The notes: generated from the letters alone by a model not told the origin. Shown: positions 27,414 through 37,944, counted from the stretch's first letter. The stretch is DNA of 64,000 nucleotides from an uncultured Eubacteriales bacterium (GCA_964422165.1 CAYQZX010000044.1:8105-72104); one strand, 5' to 3'. Program-made: numbers and translations.

Positions 27414-29834
27414 TTAAAAATTCAGCTTTTTATTGCGGACTGGATAGTTAACCAGAGCTTCTCCATCCCAGTATCTTATTATGTCTTTTAGACTTCTCAG
27501 TTCGGTCAAAGCATGTGGGGGCACAAGGCCTGAAATTACCAATTCTTTTGTCTTTTCGATAAGGGAATCGGCTGGTCTTGATAGCAAGGGGTTAAGGTTA
27601 AAGTCAAAGCTGTATTTCATTCCGCAGTCCATCTCGCTTGAATATTCTGAAGTTGTGACGTCTATAGTCCGGTCCTCCCGAGAGATTTCGACCAGGGTTA
27701 CATAATTTCGAATGCCCATGACCTTATTGATAGTAGTTCTGGGAAGCAGCAGGTAATACTCCTGCTTCCCAGGTGGCAAATCTTTGAACTGAAACTCGGG
27801 ATTACCACTTGACGGCGAACAACCGATTATGGCTCGCGGGTCAAGAACCAGAAGACAGGCTGATTGGAAATCGTTATTAGTCCCGGCCAGAATTATTTCT
27901 TTCCAGCCGTCCCCATCCAGGTCTTCTATGACCAGAGTATCCCGACCGAGGCGGCCGGCCTGCCAGTACTCTCCAAGAATTTCCCCGCGGCTGTTTAAGA
28001 GGGTTATCTGAGTAGGATACCAGGTAGTATGATTAGCTATTATCAGCACCTTTTTCTCAGGTGAATTCTGGTTGAAAGCGGCCACCTCAAACCTATTAAT
28101 AATGAAGTGATTGGAAAATTCATCGGTCAGGGTCTGGATTCTTTTTCCTGGTCTGAAGCTCCACTGAACCTCTCCTTTCTTGTTAAAGCAAAAGATTTCT
28201 GATCTCAATTTTTCATCACTTTTGTAGTTACCGCTAACCAGAATTTCTGGATTTCCATCTCCATCCAGGTCTTCAAATTTCTGTTGCAGACTTTCAGCTA
28301 CTATGGGTTTGGAGGGTCTGTATACCCAGAGAAGCTGCCTTTCCTGATTCCTGGCAAAAAGATTACCGTTATGTAATTCTAAAACTACTGGATGCCGTAT
28401 TTTCCAGAAATGATAAGAGGGGTTTCGGTTTATTAAAATAAAAGAGGAGATTACAAGTCCGGCTGCCAGCAAGCCCAGAAACCATTTTCTCATGGTGAAT
28501 TTCTTTTTTCTGAATAGGTAACGGGCATATGAATCTATTTTTTTTAAGGTGATTCGACTGTCATTAAGGACATCTTCCAGGGTTCTGGCGGGGATTAATT
28601 CCAGCTTTCTCCAGGGGTGTCTGGACAGCAGATTGAACAGAACGCCCCTGGCTTCTTTAAGATTGGATGCAGGAATTACCAGATACTTAATTCCTGAATA
28701 AAAGGCAGCCCTGATTTTCAGCCCCAGGCCCTCAGCTTCAATAGGTTTAATTTCTCCAGTAAGATCAATTTTCCCGGTGAAGGCTGCCTCTCTGGAAAAA
28801 CTGAGATGATAGCGGCTTTCGGCTGAAAGGAGCTTCTGGGCAATAGCTATAAGTGCCAGGGGGAGCCCCAGGCTTTCTCCGGAGTATCTGAAATTTTTTT
28901 CAGAAAAAGAAAAAATCAGGGTACAGGGAGGCAAAGTCAAACGGAAGTGTTTGTTTATAGAAAAGTCAGCGGCTTCCATGGCGTCAGTGGCACTGAGGTA
29001 AATTTCTTCCTTACTGAAAGCCGGAAGGTTGGAAAACCTGACCAGGTTCTGGCTCTCAACGGCAGTCGATTGACGGCAGCGACTTTCTAAAGAAATTATT
29101 CTGGCTCGTTCAGCGGATTTCAAAAGGCCAGAGCTTTCTACCAGGCTGCAGTAAATACTATCGTCACGCCAGCCCGAAAAGCTCTTCCATTTTTCCATAA
29201 CTAAATCAAGATCCTGGCCCAGTCCAGCAAACTTCTTGAGGTGGTCGAACAATACCTGGGCCATCAGTTCGTTACTCTGAGCATTCTGCCTTATTTCAGG
29301 GATCGCAGGTGTTAATTCTTTTTTAAGTTCTTTAAAATCCTCTTCACTGGAGAAGCTACTTGACTTATTATTTATTTTCTGTCTTGAAAGAAGAGCGGTC
29401 AGTCCTTCCTCCAGCTCTCCCAGGTATAGATGATTGAGGGCCAGATAGAAATAAAGATTATTCTGGGATTCCCTGAAAAGGTTTTCTTCCAGTTGTCCGA
29501 CAAACCTGGACTGCAGATATCGGGATGCGCTTAAATAAATCTTTAATTCTTCAGGTGGGCAGCAATCTGGCTGAAAATTGGCAGTTAGATACAGGAATAA
29601 TCCTGCCAGCTGAAGGTGGAATGAGTAAGTAAGATTTGCCGGCAGAGGCCTGGTTGATTCCAGAAATTCAGCTATTAACCAAACTTTCTCTCGATCATTA
29701 AGGGCTGAGGAAATGTTAGAGAGGGTCTGATTGAAAAGATTTTCCATATGCAGGGGAGAAATACTGCCTGGGCTGTGGTCTTGATTATTCATATAAATTG
29801 GCCTGAACCGGAATAACTTTTTCTGGCAGCTCAA
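27414..29834 (-). CDS. Membrane-anchored Lon-protease-domain (S16-like) protein with an extracytoplasmic FG-GAP/calcium-binding-repeat region
   Basis: The central region aligns to the Lon proteolytic domain, with the Ser-Lys dyad retained (SGESLGLPLALIAIA ... AFTGKIDLTGEIKPIEAEGLGLKIRAAFYSGIKYLVIP) and no Walker A/AAA+ module. One TM helix (WFLGLLAAGLVISSFILI) with positive-inside residues before it. The C-terminal part has DLDGDGNPEIL / DLDGDGWKEIIL FG-GAP-like motifs. The start is ambiguous: 29834, or the ATG at 29792 just downstream of the upstream gene stop. Confidence 0.7.
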   Translation of the reverse strand: MSCQKKLFRFRPIYMNNQDHSPGSISPLHMENLFNQTLSNISSALNDREKVWLIAEFLESTRPLPANLTYSFHLQLAGLFLYLTANFQPDCCPPEELKIYLSASRYLQSRFVGQLEENLFRESQNNLYFYLALNHLYLGELEEGLTALLSRQKINNKSSSFSSEEDFKELKKELTPAIPEIRQNAQSNELMAQVLFDHLKKFAGLGQDLDLVMEKWKSFSGWRDDSIYCSLVESSGLLKSAERARIISLESRCRQSTAVESQNLVRFSNLPAFSKEEIYLSATDAMEAADFSINKHFRLTLPPCTLIFSFSEKNFRYSGESLGLPLALIAIAQKLLSAESRYHLSFSREAAFTGKIDLTGEIKPIEAEGLGLKIRAAFYSGIKYLVIPASNLKEARGVLFNLLSRHPWRKLELIPARTLEDVLNDSRITLKKIDSYARYLFRKKKFTMRKWFLGLLAAGLVISSFILINRNPSYHFWKIRHPVVLELHNGNLFARNQERQLLWVYRPSKPIVAESLQQKFEDLDGDGNPEILVSGNYKSDEKLRSEIFCFNKKGEVQWSFRPGKRIQTLTDEFSNHFIINRFEVAAFNQNSPEKKVLIIANHTTWYPTQITLLNSRGEILGEYWQAGRLGRDTLVIEDLDGDGWKEIILAGTNNDFQSACLLVLDPRAIIGCSPSSGNPEFQFKDLPPGKQEYYLLLPRTTINKVMGIRNYVTLVEISREDRTIDVTTSEYSSEMDCGMKYSFDFNLNPLLSRPADSLIEKTKELVISGLVPPHALTELRSLKDIIRYWDGEALVNYPVRNKKLNF

Positions 29835-30480
29835 ACAGGGCCAGCTCCTTCGTTGGGACAGCTATTAGTTTCTCCTGATTACTGAGTATAAGAACTATTC
29901 TCTTCAGTTCAGACTCCACTTCGGGCTTTTCCACCTGGATTTTCAGGGTAAGAGGAGTTTGTTCTCGAAATAATTCCATCACAAGGCTTGAATTTTTCCA
30001 GTTTTCATTGGCGTAAGAAGGAAAAAGACGCCTGGCGCTGTTAAGAAAGGAAGGCATCTGAAATATAGCACAGGGTGGACAAACGGAAGCTTTAATAGGA
30101 TATAACTCCATGTCAATTCTATCCAGTCTGGCCTGCCCTTGACAATCGGTGAGAAATTCTTTCCAGGAGTGTTCGAAAGTTATAAAGGTGTATTGATACT
30201 TGTGAGACTCCTCGTGAAGCAGATAGGCCTGGTGTTCTCCCGACAGGGTGTTTTTAAGAATCCTCAGAAGGAATTTTCGGTCGGATGAGGCCAGAATAAT
30301 TTTTTCGGCGTAAAATTCAAATGGAGGTCTTCCTGTAAATCCGAGCAGGTAAGGAAAGGGAGAAGTCTGGGTGTGCCAGTAGAAGAGAGACACAGTCTCT
30401 TTAAATTCAGCCTTCTGACATAAAGAACAGCAAAAGTCCTTAGATTCGGATTTTTCTTTAGGCTTTCCCGCTTTGCTCAT
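29785..30480 (-). CDS. Hypothetical cytoplasmic protein with two CxxC pairs (possible zinc ribbon)
   Basis: 231 aa with CSLC near the N-terminus and CPPC later; no TM segment. It overlaps or abuts the downstream Lon-like gene, consistent with operon linkage. Confidence 0.55.
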   Translation of the reverse strand: MSKAGKPKEKSESKDFCCSLCQKAEFKETVSLFYWHTQTSPFPYLLGFTGRPPFEFYAEKIILASSDRKFLLRILKNTLSGEHQAYLLHEESHKYQYTFITFEHSWKEFLTDCQGQARLDRIDMELYPIKASVCPPCAIFQMPSFLNSARRLFPSYANENWKNSSLVMELFREQTPLTLKIQVEKPEVESELKRIVLILSNQEKLIAVPTKELALFELPEKVIPVQANLYE

Positions 30481-30491
30481 AATTCCCCTTT

Positions 30492-31604
30492 TTACGCCTC
30501 AGCCTGAAGTTTATTTTTGAAGAAATTTTTAGAGTTTTTTACCAGATATTCAAAGATTTTTCGCTTCTCTTTCCTGTAATCTTCAGATTGAAGATCTGGC
30601 TGATACTTTTTCAGGTAGTCCAGCAGGGGTTTTTCCTGTCCTCCGTCATACCAATCCAGAATCAGATCATTAAGGGCTTTCAAGTAGTTCTCTTTTTCCG
30701 AAACAGTCATTTTGTTTTTTCTGATGTATTTGTTAAGGAGCAAAGCATTTTTTTCCTGAAGTTCAGACTGCCATTTCTGAAAATTTTCGTAAAAGCTGAC
30801 TGACCAGTCAGTTTCCTGCTGTCCGACAAGGGGAAGAGACCGAAGTCCAGAAATTAGATAATTTTTCTGGGTTTCAACATAAAGATCAACCAGGATGGAA
30901 AGGGAGATTTCCAGAGCTATCTGCTTTTCTCGAAGAATTGCAGCCAGTCGTTTGAGAAACCGCGGAACCTGGAGACCACCCAGACAGCCGTTAAGGCAGA
31001 GGTATAAAAGATTACTGTATTCATTTTCGGCTGAACCCTCTGGCCTCTGGCTCAGGTCCCCATCAGGGCAAAAGCTGACCAGGGTTAAGTGGTTTTTTTT
31101 GTTGATTCTAAAGCCCGGATTTTTTTTCAAAGAGTAAAGGATTTCCTTTCGAATGCGGGCTCTTTCGGGCCGGATTTCACTACTCAGGTAATAAAAAGTC
31201 TGCTTCAGTCGTCGACTGAGGATTTTTTTTAGGTACCTCTGAAAATCCCTTTCCTCCGCAATCAGGAATTTTTCAGTTATTTTCCAGTTGAACAATTTTT
31301 CCAGCACCGGAAAACGCCCCTTGGAATCTCTGATAAATAGAGATGAGATGGTTATCAGGGCGATATCTCTTGGCTGATAGCTGGCCATCCTTAAGTAAGG
31401 TCCAACTTCTCTCTTGATGGTTGGCAAAAGCAACTCTACCAGAGCTATGATAAGTTCTTCAAGATCTTTTTCGCGGTAGTTGTTATTTATTAGGTAAAGA
31501 AATTTAATTAGAAGCTTCTTCTCGCCTGCCAAGCCTTCTTCCTCAATCTGGCCAGACTTTCCAGCGCTTCCATAATTAAACGCCAAATCCCACCCTTCTG
31601 TCAA
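30492..31604 (-). CDS. Hypothetical protein (first gene of a three-gene operon with the Lon-like protein)
   Basis: 370 aa, soluble and helical, with no recognisable motif. 11-nt gap to the next gene. Confidence 0.55.
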   Translation of the reverse strand: MTEGWDLAFNYGSAGKSGQIEEEGLAGEKKLLIKFLYLINNNYREKDLEELIIALVELLLPTIKREVGPYLRMASYQPRDIALITISSLFIRDSKGRFPVLEKLFNWKITEKFLIAEERDFQRYLKKILSRRLKQTFYYLSSEIRPERARIRKEILYSLKKNPGFRINKKNHLTLVSFCPDGDLSQRPEGSAENEYSNLLYLCLNGCLGGLQVPRFLKRLAAILREKQIALEISLSILVDLYVETQKNYLISGLRSLPLVGQQETDWSVSFYENFQKWQSELQEKNALLLNKYIRKNKMTVSEKENYLKALNDLILDWYDGGQEKPLLDYLKKYQPDLQSEDYRKEKRKIFEYLVKNSKNFFKNKLQAEA

Positions 31605-31734
31605 GAATGAGTTGCAAAACAGAGTTCAATATGGCTATAATAAGGCTGTCCCGGCAGAAAATGGTCTTGGTTGACTATTTTCTGGTTTTTGGCTAATATT
31701 TTAGTCTATTTTTTGAGAAGGTGAGAAGCTGACC

Positions 31735-32001
31735 ATGATTAAATTACGTCTGATGAGATTTGGAGCTAAGAAAAAACCCAGCTATCGAATCGTAGCTATC
31801 GATTCGAGAAGGGCCAGACAGAGCAAAACTCTGGATACCCTCGGTTATTATAATCCCAGAAACGAACCTGTAGAGTTCAGAATTGACCTGGAAAAGGTCA
31901 ATTATTGGCTTAATAAAGGGGCTAAACCATCGGAAACTGTTAATTCATTGATAAATAGAGCAGTTAAAGTACAAAAAACAACCCAAGATTCTAAGTCTTA
32001 A
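31735..32001 (+). CDS. rpsP: 30S ribosomal protein S16
   Basis: [41 protein letters not shown] is the canonical bS16 N-terminus. Confidence 0.9.
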   Translation: MIKLRLMRFGAKKKPSYRIVAIDSRRARQSKTLDTLGYYNPRNEPVEFRIDLEKVNYWLNKGAKPSETVNSLINRAVKVQKTTQDSKS

Positions 32002-32012
32002 AGGAGGTTACT

Positions 32013-32249
32013 GTGAAAGAACTGGTTGAAATGATTGCCAAGTCACTGGTGGACAATCCGGACAAAGTTCAGGTTTCCCAGCTTGAAGGGGAACAGACCA
32101 CCATCCTGGAACTCAAGGTTGCTCCCGAAGATCTGGGAAAGGTGATCGGAAAGCAGGGCCGGACTGCTCGAGCCATCCGGGTTATCCTGGGCGCGGCCGG
32201 GATGAAGATGAAACGGAGATTCAACCTGGAAATCATTGAAAAAGGTTGA
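32013..32249 (+). CDS. KH-domain RNA-binding protein (YlqC/UPF0109 family)
   Basis: [16 protein letters not shown] (KH GXXG motif), 78 aa, in the conserved position between rpsP and rimM. Confidence 0.8.
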   Translation: MKELVEMIAKSLVDNPDKVQVSQLEGEQTTILELKVAPEDLGKVIGKQGRTARAIRVILGAAGMKMKRRFNLEIIEKG

Positions 32250-32757
32250 TTTAATCTCCATCGGAAGGGTAATCCGGAGTGAAGGAAAGAATGGCACTCT
32301 GAAGATAAAGCTATATCTTAAAAATCTGAGAGAGCCATTCTTCAAAAAAATTTTCATTCTGAGGGAAGGAGAGGTCAGGGAATACGAGGTTGAAGATTGC
32401 TACCTCGCCCGAAACTCTCTTTTTTTGAAGTTAAAAGGTGTTAATAGCTTAGGTGAAGCTGAGGCCCTAAGAGGCAGAGAAATAAAAGCCAGAGTAGAGG
32501 ATTTCCCCTCCCTGGAAGAGGGTACCTATTATGATTTTGAGCTGCTCGGTTGTCAGGTAGAAACAACGCTGGGTAAGCCAGTAGGAGAGGTTGTAGAGCT
32601 TATTACTATAGGAGAATCCAGCCTTCTGGTGGTAGATACAGGTACCAGAAAGGTTGAAGTACCACTGGTTGAAGCGATTTGTAAGAAGATAGATCCTTCG
32701 GCAAAAAAAATTGTTATAGACCCGCCGGAGGGTCTGCTGGAGCTAAATGAGGTTTGA
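32236..32757 (+). CDS. rimM: Ribosome maturation factor RimM
   Basis: N-terminal [22 protein letters not shown] (PRC-barrel) and conserved synteny. A TTG start overlaps the KH gene stop. Confidence 0.75.
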   Translation: MKKVDLISIGRVIRSEGKNGTLKIKLYLKNLREPFFKKIFILREGEVREYEVEDCYLARNSLFLKLKGVNSLGEAEALRGREIKARVEDFPSLEEGTYYDFELLGCQVETTLGKPVGEVVELITIGESSLLVVDTGTRKVEVPLVEAICKKIDPSAKKIVIDPPEGLLELNEV

Positions 32758-33484
32758 TATAATCACCATTTTTCCCGGTATTTTTAACAGCCTGTTTTCG
32801 GCCGGGGTGGTGAAAAAGGCTGTGGAGAAAAAAATCCTGGAAATAAAAGTTCACGATTTGAGAGATTTTACAACCGATAAGCACCGGCAGGTTGATGACA
32901 GACCTTATGGAGGACTGGAAGGTATGGTTCTCAAACCGGAGCCCATTTTCAGGGCAGTAGAAGCTATTAGAAAGCCCCAGGGGTCTGTTACCTGCCTTTT
33001 AACTCCCCAGGGAGAAACTTTTAACTCAACTTTGGCGGAAGAACTAGCCGGGTTTGATCAGGTTATTCTCATCTGCGGCCGCTACGAGGGAGTTGATGAA
33101 AGGGTCATAGAGCATCTGGTGGACAGGGAAATATCCATTGGTGACTATGTTCTAACCGGCGGAGAGCTGGCTGCGGCTGTGGTGGTGGATGCAGTTTCCA
33201 GGTTTATCCCCGGAGTGGTGGGTAAAGAAGAATCTGTTCGCCATGATTCTTTCACTGCTGGATTGCTGGATTTTCCTCAGTATACCCGGCCACGGGAATT
33301 TCGTGGCTATCGTGTACCTTCGATTCTGTTTTCCGGTGACCACAAAAAAATCGCCAGGTGGCGGTTGAAAAAAGCCTTAGAAAAGACTCTGGCCCGTCGG
33401 CCAGATTTATTAGAATCAAGGAAGCTATCTCCGGAAGAGGAAGCTCTCCTTGAAGAAATTAAAAAAGAAAGGAAAGTGCCATGA
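32747..33484 (+). CDS. trmD: tRNA (guanine37-N1)-methyltransferase
   Basis: [13 protein letters not shown]...[18 protein letters not shown]...[13 protein letters not shown]...[21 protein letters not shown]-fold motifs. Confidence 0.9.
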   Translation: MRFDIITIFPGIFNSLFSAGVVKKAVEKKILEIKVHDLRDFTTDKHRQVDDRPYGGLEGMVLKPEPIFRAVEAIRKPQGSVTCLLTPQGETFNSTLAEELAGFDQVILICGRYEGVDERVIEHLVDREISIGDYVLTGGELAAAVVVDAVSRFIPGVVGKEESVRHDSFTAGLLDFPQYTRPREFRGYRVPSILFSGDHKKIARWRLKKALEKTLARRPDLLESRKLSPEEEALLEEIKKERKVP

Positions 33485-33828
33485 AGAACTTGGTAAAAAT
33501 GGTTGAGGAAAAGTACATCCGCCAGGATATAGAGCCATTCAAAGTGGGTGACACAGTTAAGGTCCATGTCCTGATTAAAGAGGGTGATAAGGAAAGGATC
33601 CAGGTCTTCAAAGGCGATGTAATAGCTAAAAGAAGCTCAGGTCTGGGGGCCACCTTCACCGTCAGGAAAGTTTCTTACGGCATCGGGGTTGAGAGAATTT
33701 TTCCCCTTCATTCAAAAATGATCAAGAAAATTGAAGTGGTCCGGCACGGAAAGGTCCGCCGGGCTAAACTCTACTATCTCCGTAAGCTCAAGGGAAAAGC
33801 AGCCAAGCTTAAGGAAGAACAGCAGTAA
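33481..33828 (+). CDS. rplS: 50S ribosomal protein L19
   Basis: [16 protein letters not shown]...[13 protein letters not shown]...[23 protein letters not shown] is canonical bL19. Confidence 0.9.
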   Translation: MKNLVKMVEEKYIRQDIEPFKVGDTVKVHVLIKEGDKERIQVFKGDVIAKRSSGLGATFTVRKVSYGIGVERIFPLHSKMIKKIEVVRHGKVRRAKLYYLRKLKGKAAKLKEEQQ

Positions 33829-33834
33829 TCAATC

Positions 33835-33906
33835 TCCTCTGTTATTCAGCCACCTCAACTATAAAATACTATCTTTATCATATCGACGTAGAGGGGGTTT
33901 TTTTAT
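33835..33906 (+). terminator. Possible terminator region after rplS (GC-rich segment ending in GAGGGGG followed by TTTTTTTAT)
   Basis: A T7 run at 33898-33904 is immediately preceded by a G-rich arm (GTAGAGGGGG) that can pair with upstream CCTCT/CCACCTC. The stem is not clean, so this is low confidence. Confidence 0.25.
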
Positions 33907-33918
33907 AAAATTATTTCG

Positions 33919-34551
33919 ATGATTGGGTTTCAAACTGAGAAGAAACTACTAAGGCAGGGATATCGACACCTGGCCGGCCTGGATGAAGTTGGAAGGGGTT
34001 CTTTAGTGGGGCCGGTGGTGGCCGCAGCTGTGGTCTTTGGCAGAGAGTTTTTTTTTGGAAAGAAACCCATCTGGACTGAGGAAGTTAATGACTCCAAACT
34101 TCTCAACTCAACTAAAAGAATGGAGCTGGCCCGCTTAATCCTGAAAAATGCTTCGGACCTTGGGATAGGTTATGCTACCCATCTGGAAGTTGACCGGCTG
34201 AATATCTTTCGGGCCAGTCAGTTAGCTATGAAAAGAGCTCTGGAAGAGCTTAATTCCTCTCCTGATATTATTCTGGTTGACGGAAATCCCCTGAAAGGTA
34301 TAGATTATTGTCAGATGGCTGTGCCAAAGGGAGACAGGAAAGTTTTTTCTATTGCCGCAGCCTCAATAGTGGCCAAGGTTTTTAGGGATGGGCTAATAAA
34401 AATGCTGGATGAAATATACCCAGGTTATGACTTTTGCCAGAATAAGGGTTATGCTACCGAAGCTCATTATCAGGCACTGGAGAAAAAAGGCCCCTGTTTT
34501 TTGCACAGAAAAAGTTTTAAGCTTTTCAGAGATAAGGTCCTCATAAAATGA
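33919..34551 (+). CDS. rnhB: Ribonuclease HII
   Basis: LAGLDEVGRGSLVGPVVAAAVVF, ILVDGN and DSKLL motifs of RNase HII. Confidence 0.9.
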   Translation: MIGFQTEKKLLRQGYRHLAGLDEVGRGSLVGPVVAAAVVFGREFFFGKKPIWTEEVNDSKLLNSTKRMELARLILKNASDLGIGYATHLEVDRLNIFRASQLAMKRALEELNSSPDIILVDGNPLKGIDYCQMAVPKGDRKVFSIAAASIVAKVFRDGLIKMLDEIYPGYDFCQNKGYATEAHYQALEKKGPCFLHRKSFKLFRDKVLIK

Positions 34552-36704
34552 ACGGCAAATTAGACCGGGTTAAGATCATCGAGCAGGCGGAGCGGTACGT
34601 CCGGGCCGGCAAGATTAAAGAGGCCATCATAGAGTATGAAAAGCTGCTTGAAGATGACCCCGCAGATGTTAGCATAAACAATATAGTTGGTGACCTTTAT
34701 GTTCGGCTGGGCCAATCTGAGAGAGCCATCAAATCTTTTGAAAAAGTGGCCAGTGAGTACGAGAGAAAGAGCCAGTACTCTCAAGCTCTGGCCATATTAA
34801 AAAAGATCTGCCGCTTAAACCCCGAAAACCCCCAGTATTTTATCCGGATGGCAGACCTTTATTCCCGCCAGGGCTTTACTGCTGAAGCCAAACAGGAGTA
34901 CTTGAGAATTGCTGAAAAGTATCTCAGAGCTAAACAGGTCGAAAAAGCAATCGAGCTTTACGAAAAGGTGGTTAGACTCGATAAAGATGACCTTAATCTG
35001 AAAATGCAGCTGGCTGCCCTATATAAGCTGGATGGGCGTACAGACCGGGCCGTTAATGAACTGCTGGAAGCGGCCGAACTAAAGCTGGCTGCCGGCTTAA
35101 TTGATGAAGCTCATAAATTACTCCTGGAAGCCAGAAAACTTAATCCCGAAAGCCCCAGAGCCGGATTAAAACTGGCTCAGGTTCTGCGGCTCAAAGGGCA
35201 AGCTGAAGAAGCTATGGACCTGGCTAGAGCAGCTCTGGAAAAGAATCCCAATGACCTTGAAGCTCTAAATTTTCTGGGCAATGTTTATTTCGAAGAAGGA
35301 AAGTTTTCATTAGCCAAGGAAGTCTTCACCAAAATTTTGAATTATTATCCCTTGAACGTAAATGCTCGTTATAAGCTCGGTCGGATTAACCTGGGAGAAG
35401 GAGAAGTTGACCGAGCCTATGAGTATTTTGAGCCTTTGATTGATAGCTACCTTAAGAAAAGAAAGGAAGATAAAGCCATCGGTTTGCTGGGGTTGATTCT
35501 AACGGTTCGTAAGGACCATTTGCCCTCGATGGAAAAAATGGCGGCCATTTTCAGGGGGAATAAAGACCTGAGCCGTCTGGAGCAGGTTGATCGAGCTATC
35601 CTGGCTGAGCTTAAAAAAATTGGTGAAAAGACCAAAATGCTTCCGGTCTATGCCGAACTCTTAAAGCTAAAGCCTTCTGACGAAAAACTGGCTAAGGAAT
35701 ACCGGGAACTAAAAAAAGAGCTGATGATTACCGAGGAACAAGAAGCAGTTTACGATACCTGGGTCCCCTCCAAAGACCAGGAAGAAGAGATTCAAGCCGG
35801 TCTGGCTCAGGCTGACGTTTACCTCCAGGAAGGTCTCACTAGGCTGGCCCGGAGAGTTATTGAAGGTCTACTGCTGAAATATCCGAATGACTCTATGATC
35901 AAGCAGAAGCTAAATTACATAGACAGCCTGAAAACTCAGCTGAGTGAGGAAGAGCTGATTAAAAAGGTGGAAAAAGCCACGGCCATCGAAACCCAGGTTC
36001 TCAGGCCCGCCAAGGGCAAAAGGCAGGAAAAGGAGGAAAGGAAAACTTCCCTGCCTTTTAACGAACAGATACTGGGTGAAGATAAGGTAAACCCTTTAGA
36101 TATTTTCAGGGATACTGGAATTGTCCCCATCATAACCACCGATGGGCGGGAAAAGAAATACTATGATCTTCAGGAGAATATCCGGGCCGAACTGGCCATG
36201 ATCTCAGCTATTTATCAAAGGCAGAAAAAAGGTGTAACTACCCAGTTTGAGAAGGAACTTAGCAGCATTGTCAGTGAATTCCGGAAAGGTGTCAGGGATA
36301 AAATTCCTGAAGAAGATTTTCAGATTCATCTGCAGCTTGGTCTGGCTTTTATGGAACAGGGGTTGCTAGATGAAGCCATAGAAGAATTTAATATAGCCTC
36401 AAAAGACAAAAGCCTCATTCTGGAAACTTTGACCCTCATCAGCCACTGCTATCGGTTGAAAGGGAATATGGAAGAAGCCGAGCGCTGGCTTAATCGGGCC
36501 ATCAAACTGGTAGCGCCTGGCACGGACCAGTATTTCGCTCTGATGTTTGACCTGGGCTTAATTTATGAGCAGACCGGTGACCTCGAGAAAGCGCTGTCCA
36601 TCTATCGGGACATTCAATCCTGGAATCCGACCTATCGCAGTGTCAGCGAGCGGATTGAGAGGCTATCTAATTCCGCTGGGACTCCAGGAAATCCGCTTAA
36701 TTGA
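34548..36704 (+). CDS. TPR-repeat protein
   Basis: 718 aa with arrays of 34-residue TPR-like repeats throughout (LYVRLGQSERAIKSFEKV..., LYSRQGFTAEAKQEYLRIAEKY..., FLGNVYFEEGKFSLAKEVF...). Confidence 0.8.
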   Translation: MNGKLDRVKIIEQAERYVRAGKIKEAIIEYEKLLEDDPADVSINNIVGDLYVRLGQSERAIKSFEKVASEYERKSQYSQALAILKKICRLNPENPQYFIRMADLYSRQGFTAEAKQEYLRIAEKYLRAKQVEKAIELYEKVVRLDKDDLNLKMQLAALYKLDGRTDRAVNELLEAAELKLAAGLIDEAHKLLLEARKLNPESPRAGLKLAQVLRLKGQAEEAMDLARAALEKNPNDLEALNFLGNVYFEEGKFSLAKEVFTKILNYYPLNVNARYKLGRINLGEGEVDRAYEYFEPLIDSYLKKRKEDKAIGLLGLILTVRKDHLPSMEKMAAIFRGNKDLSRLEQVDRAILAELKKIGEKTKMLPVYAELLKLKPSDEKLAKEYRELKKELMITEEQEAVYDTWVPSKDQEEEIQAGLAQADVYLQEGLTRLARRVIEGLLLKYPNDSMIKQKLNYIDSLKTQLSEEELIKKVEKATAIETQVLRPAKGKRQEKEERKTSLPFNEQILGEDKVNPLDIFRDTGIVPIITTDGREKKYYDLQENIRAELAMISAIYQRQKKGVTTQFEKELSSIVSEFRKGVRDKIPEEDFQIHLQLGLAFMEQGLLDEAIEEFNIASKDKSLILETLTLISHCYRLKGNMEEAERWLNRAIKLVAPGTDQYFALMFDLGLIYEQTGDLEKALSIYRDIQSWNPTYRSVSERIERLSNSAGTPGNPLN

Positions 36705-36737
36705 GCAATTTCATAGTGATGAATTGAAACAAGTGGC

Positions 36738-37916
36738 TTAATAAGCAGTAATAAGTCCCAAACCCAGCCGGAAGTGCTTTGGCCGATCACTCTTAAAGAC
36801 GTAGGTGCCTTCCACAGCTAAACGCATGTTTCTTCTCAGCAGATAACCATAGTGCAGGCCAGCTGAAGTATATTTTAGATCCGGTTGGTCTGAATCTACC
36901 CAGTTAAAGATAGCGGCCGCATACCAGCGGGAATCATCGGCCTGGGGAAGATAAATCAGCTCGGCAAAGCCGCCTCGGGTGGCGATTTTCTCGGGACTCA
37001 GTATGTAGAAATAGGGGTTTTTGTCTTTTCGCTCCACGTACTGAACATTGAGCTCCAGCTTGGGACTGCCCCAGGTAAAATCAGCTCCCAGCATCCACAG
37101 AGTGTTGATGGCTTCTGCCTGCTTTTCTTTGCCGGTATAGCCAAACGCCCCGACTCTTAAGTTTTTAAGAACATCCTGAGAGATTCGAAGCATAAAATTC
37201 TTGTACTTATCGGTGTCAAAAGAGCCGACTTCATCGGCCGGCAGCAGACCCAGGCCGTTTACTACTTCAAGCGCCAGGTCGGTACCAGTGGGCAGGCCGT
37301 AAGTGAGCATGATTCCCCGGTCGTAGGTCAGGTTAGCTCGAGCCTGACCGACCCGAACTTTATAAATCCGGTAATCCTCATAGGTTAATCGCAATTCTCT
37401 CTTAAAAAGAGGGTCTGAAACCTGAAACTGGCCTATGTAAACATCAAGGTCGGTCTTAAACAAATCATTCAGCATAATGAAAGCATCTTCCAGGCCAGCC
37501 ACTTCGCCCCTTTCGCTGAAGAAGAAATAGAGGTAGTAGGCGATATTCTTGGTCAGCTCACCACCAGATAGAAGCTTGATCACAAACGGGCTGGAGAAAT
37601 CCAGTCCTTTGCTCCCAGCGTTGTTGAAGTTTAGAAAGCCGTCAAAACGTATGGCTATGGGTATTTCTCTTAAAAGCGAAAGAAGATCATCTCCGGTGTC
37701 AATGTTATAACGCGGCGTTTCCTTATCTTTAATCACAAAGCCATTTCCGGCGAATTCTTCCCCATAGGCTTTTAGCTTGGGGAAGGGAGTATGACAGACT
37801 TTGCAGCTCATACTGTACTTGCGAGCAAAAGAGGGAATGGCCAGAGCTTCAGTTGTCAGGAAAGCCAGCAGGAATAAAGATAAAGTAACAATTTGATACT
37901 TTCTTCCCATCGTCAC
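36738..37916 (-). CDS. Cyc2-like fused monoheme cytochrome c / outer-membrane beta-barrel (porin-cytochrome) protein
   Basis: Signal peptide followed at once by a single CKVCH heme-binding motif, then about 340 aa of amphipathic beta-strand pattern ending in an aromatic residue (LGLITAY). This is the architecture of Cyc2-type outer-membrane cytochromes. GGAGGTG RBS. Confidence 0.6.
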   Translation of the reverse strand: MTMGRKYQIVTLSLFLLAFLTTEALAIPSFARKYSMSCKVCHTPFPKLKAYGEEFAGNGFVIKDKETPRYNIDTGDDLLSLLREIPIAIRFDGFLNFNNAGSKGLDFSSPFVIKLLSGGELTKNIAYYLYFFFSERGEVAGLEDAFIMLNDLFKTDLDVYIGQFQVSDPLFKRELRLTYEDYRIYKVRVGQARANLTYDRGIMLTYGLPTGTDLALEVVNGLGLLPADEVGSFDTDKYKNFMLRISQDVLKNLRVGAFGYTGKEKQAEAINTLWMLGADFTWGSPKLELNVQYVERKDKNPYFYILSPEKIATRGGFAELIYLPQADDSRWYAAAIFNWVDSDQPDLKYTSAGLHYGYLLRRNMRLAVEGTYVFKSDRPKHFRLGLGLITAY

Positions 37917-37944
37917 CTCCGGTCAGCTTTATTTATGGAATAAT

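Noticed and set aside
30492-31604. Possibility that the 370-aa first gene of the Lon-like operon is a sigma factor
   Set aside because: No region 2.2/2.4 or region 4.2 HTH-like motifs could be recognised by eye. It is left as hypothetical.
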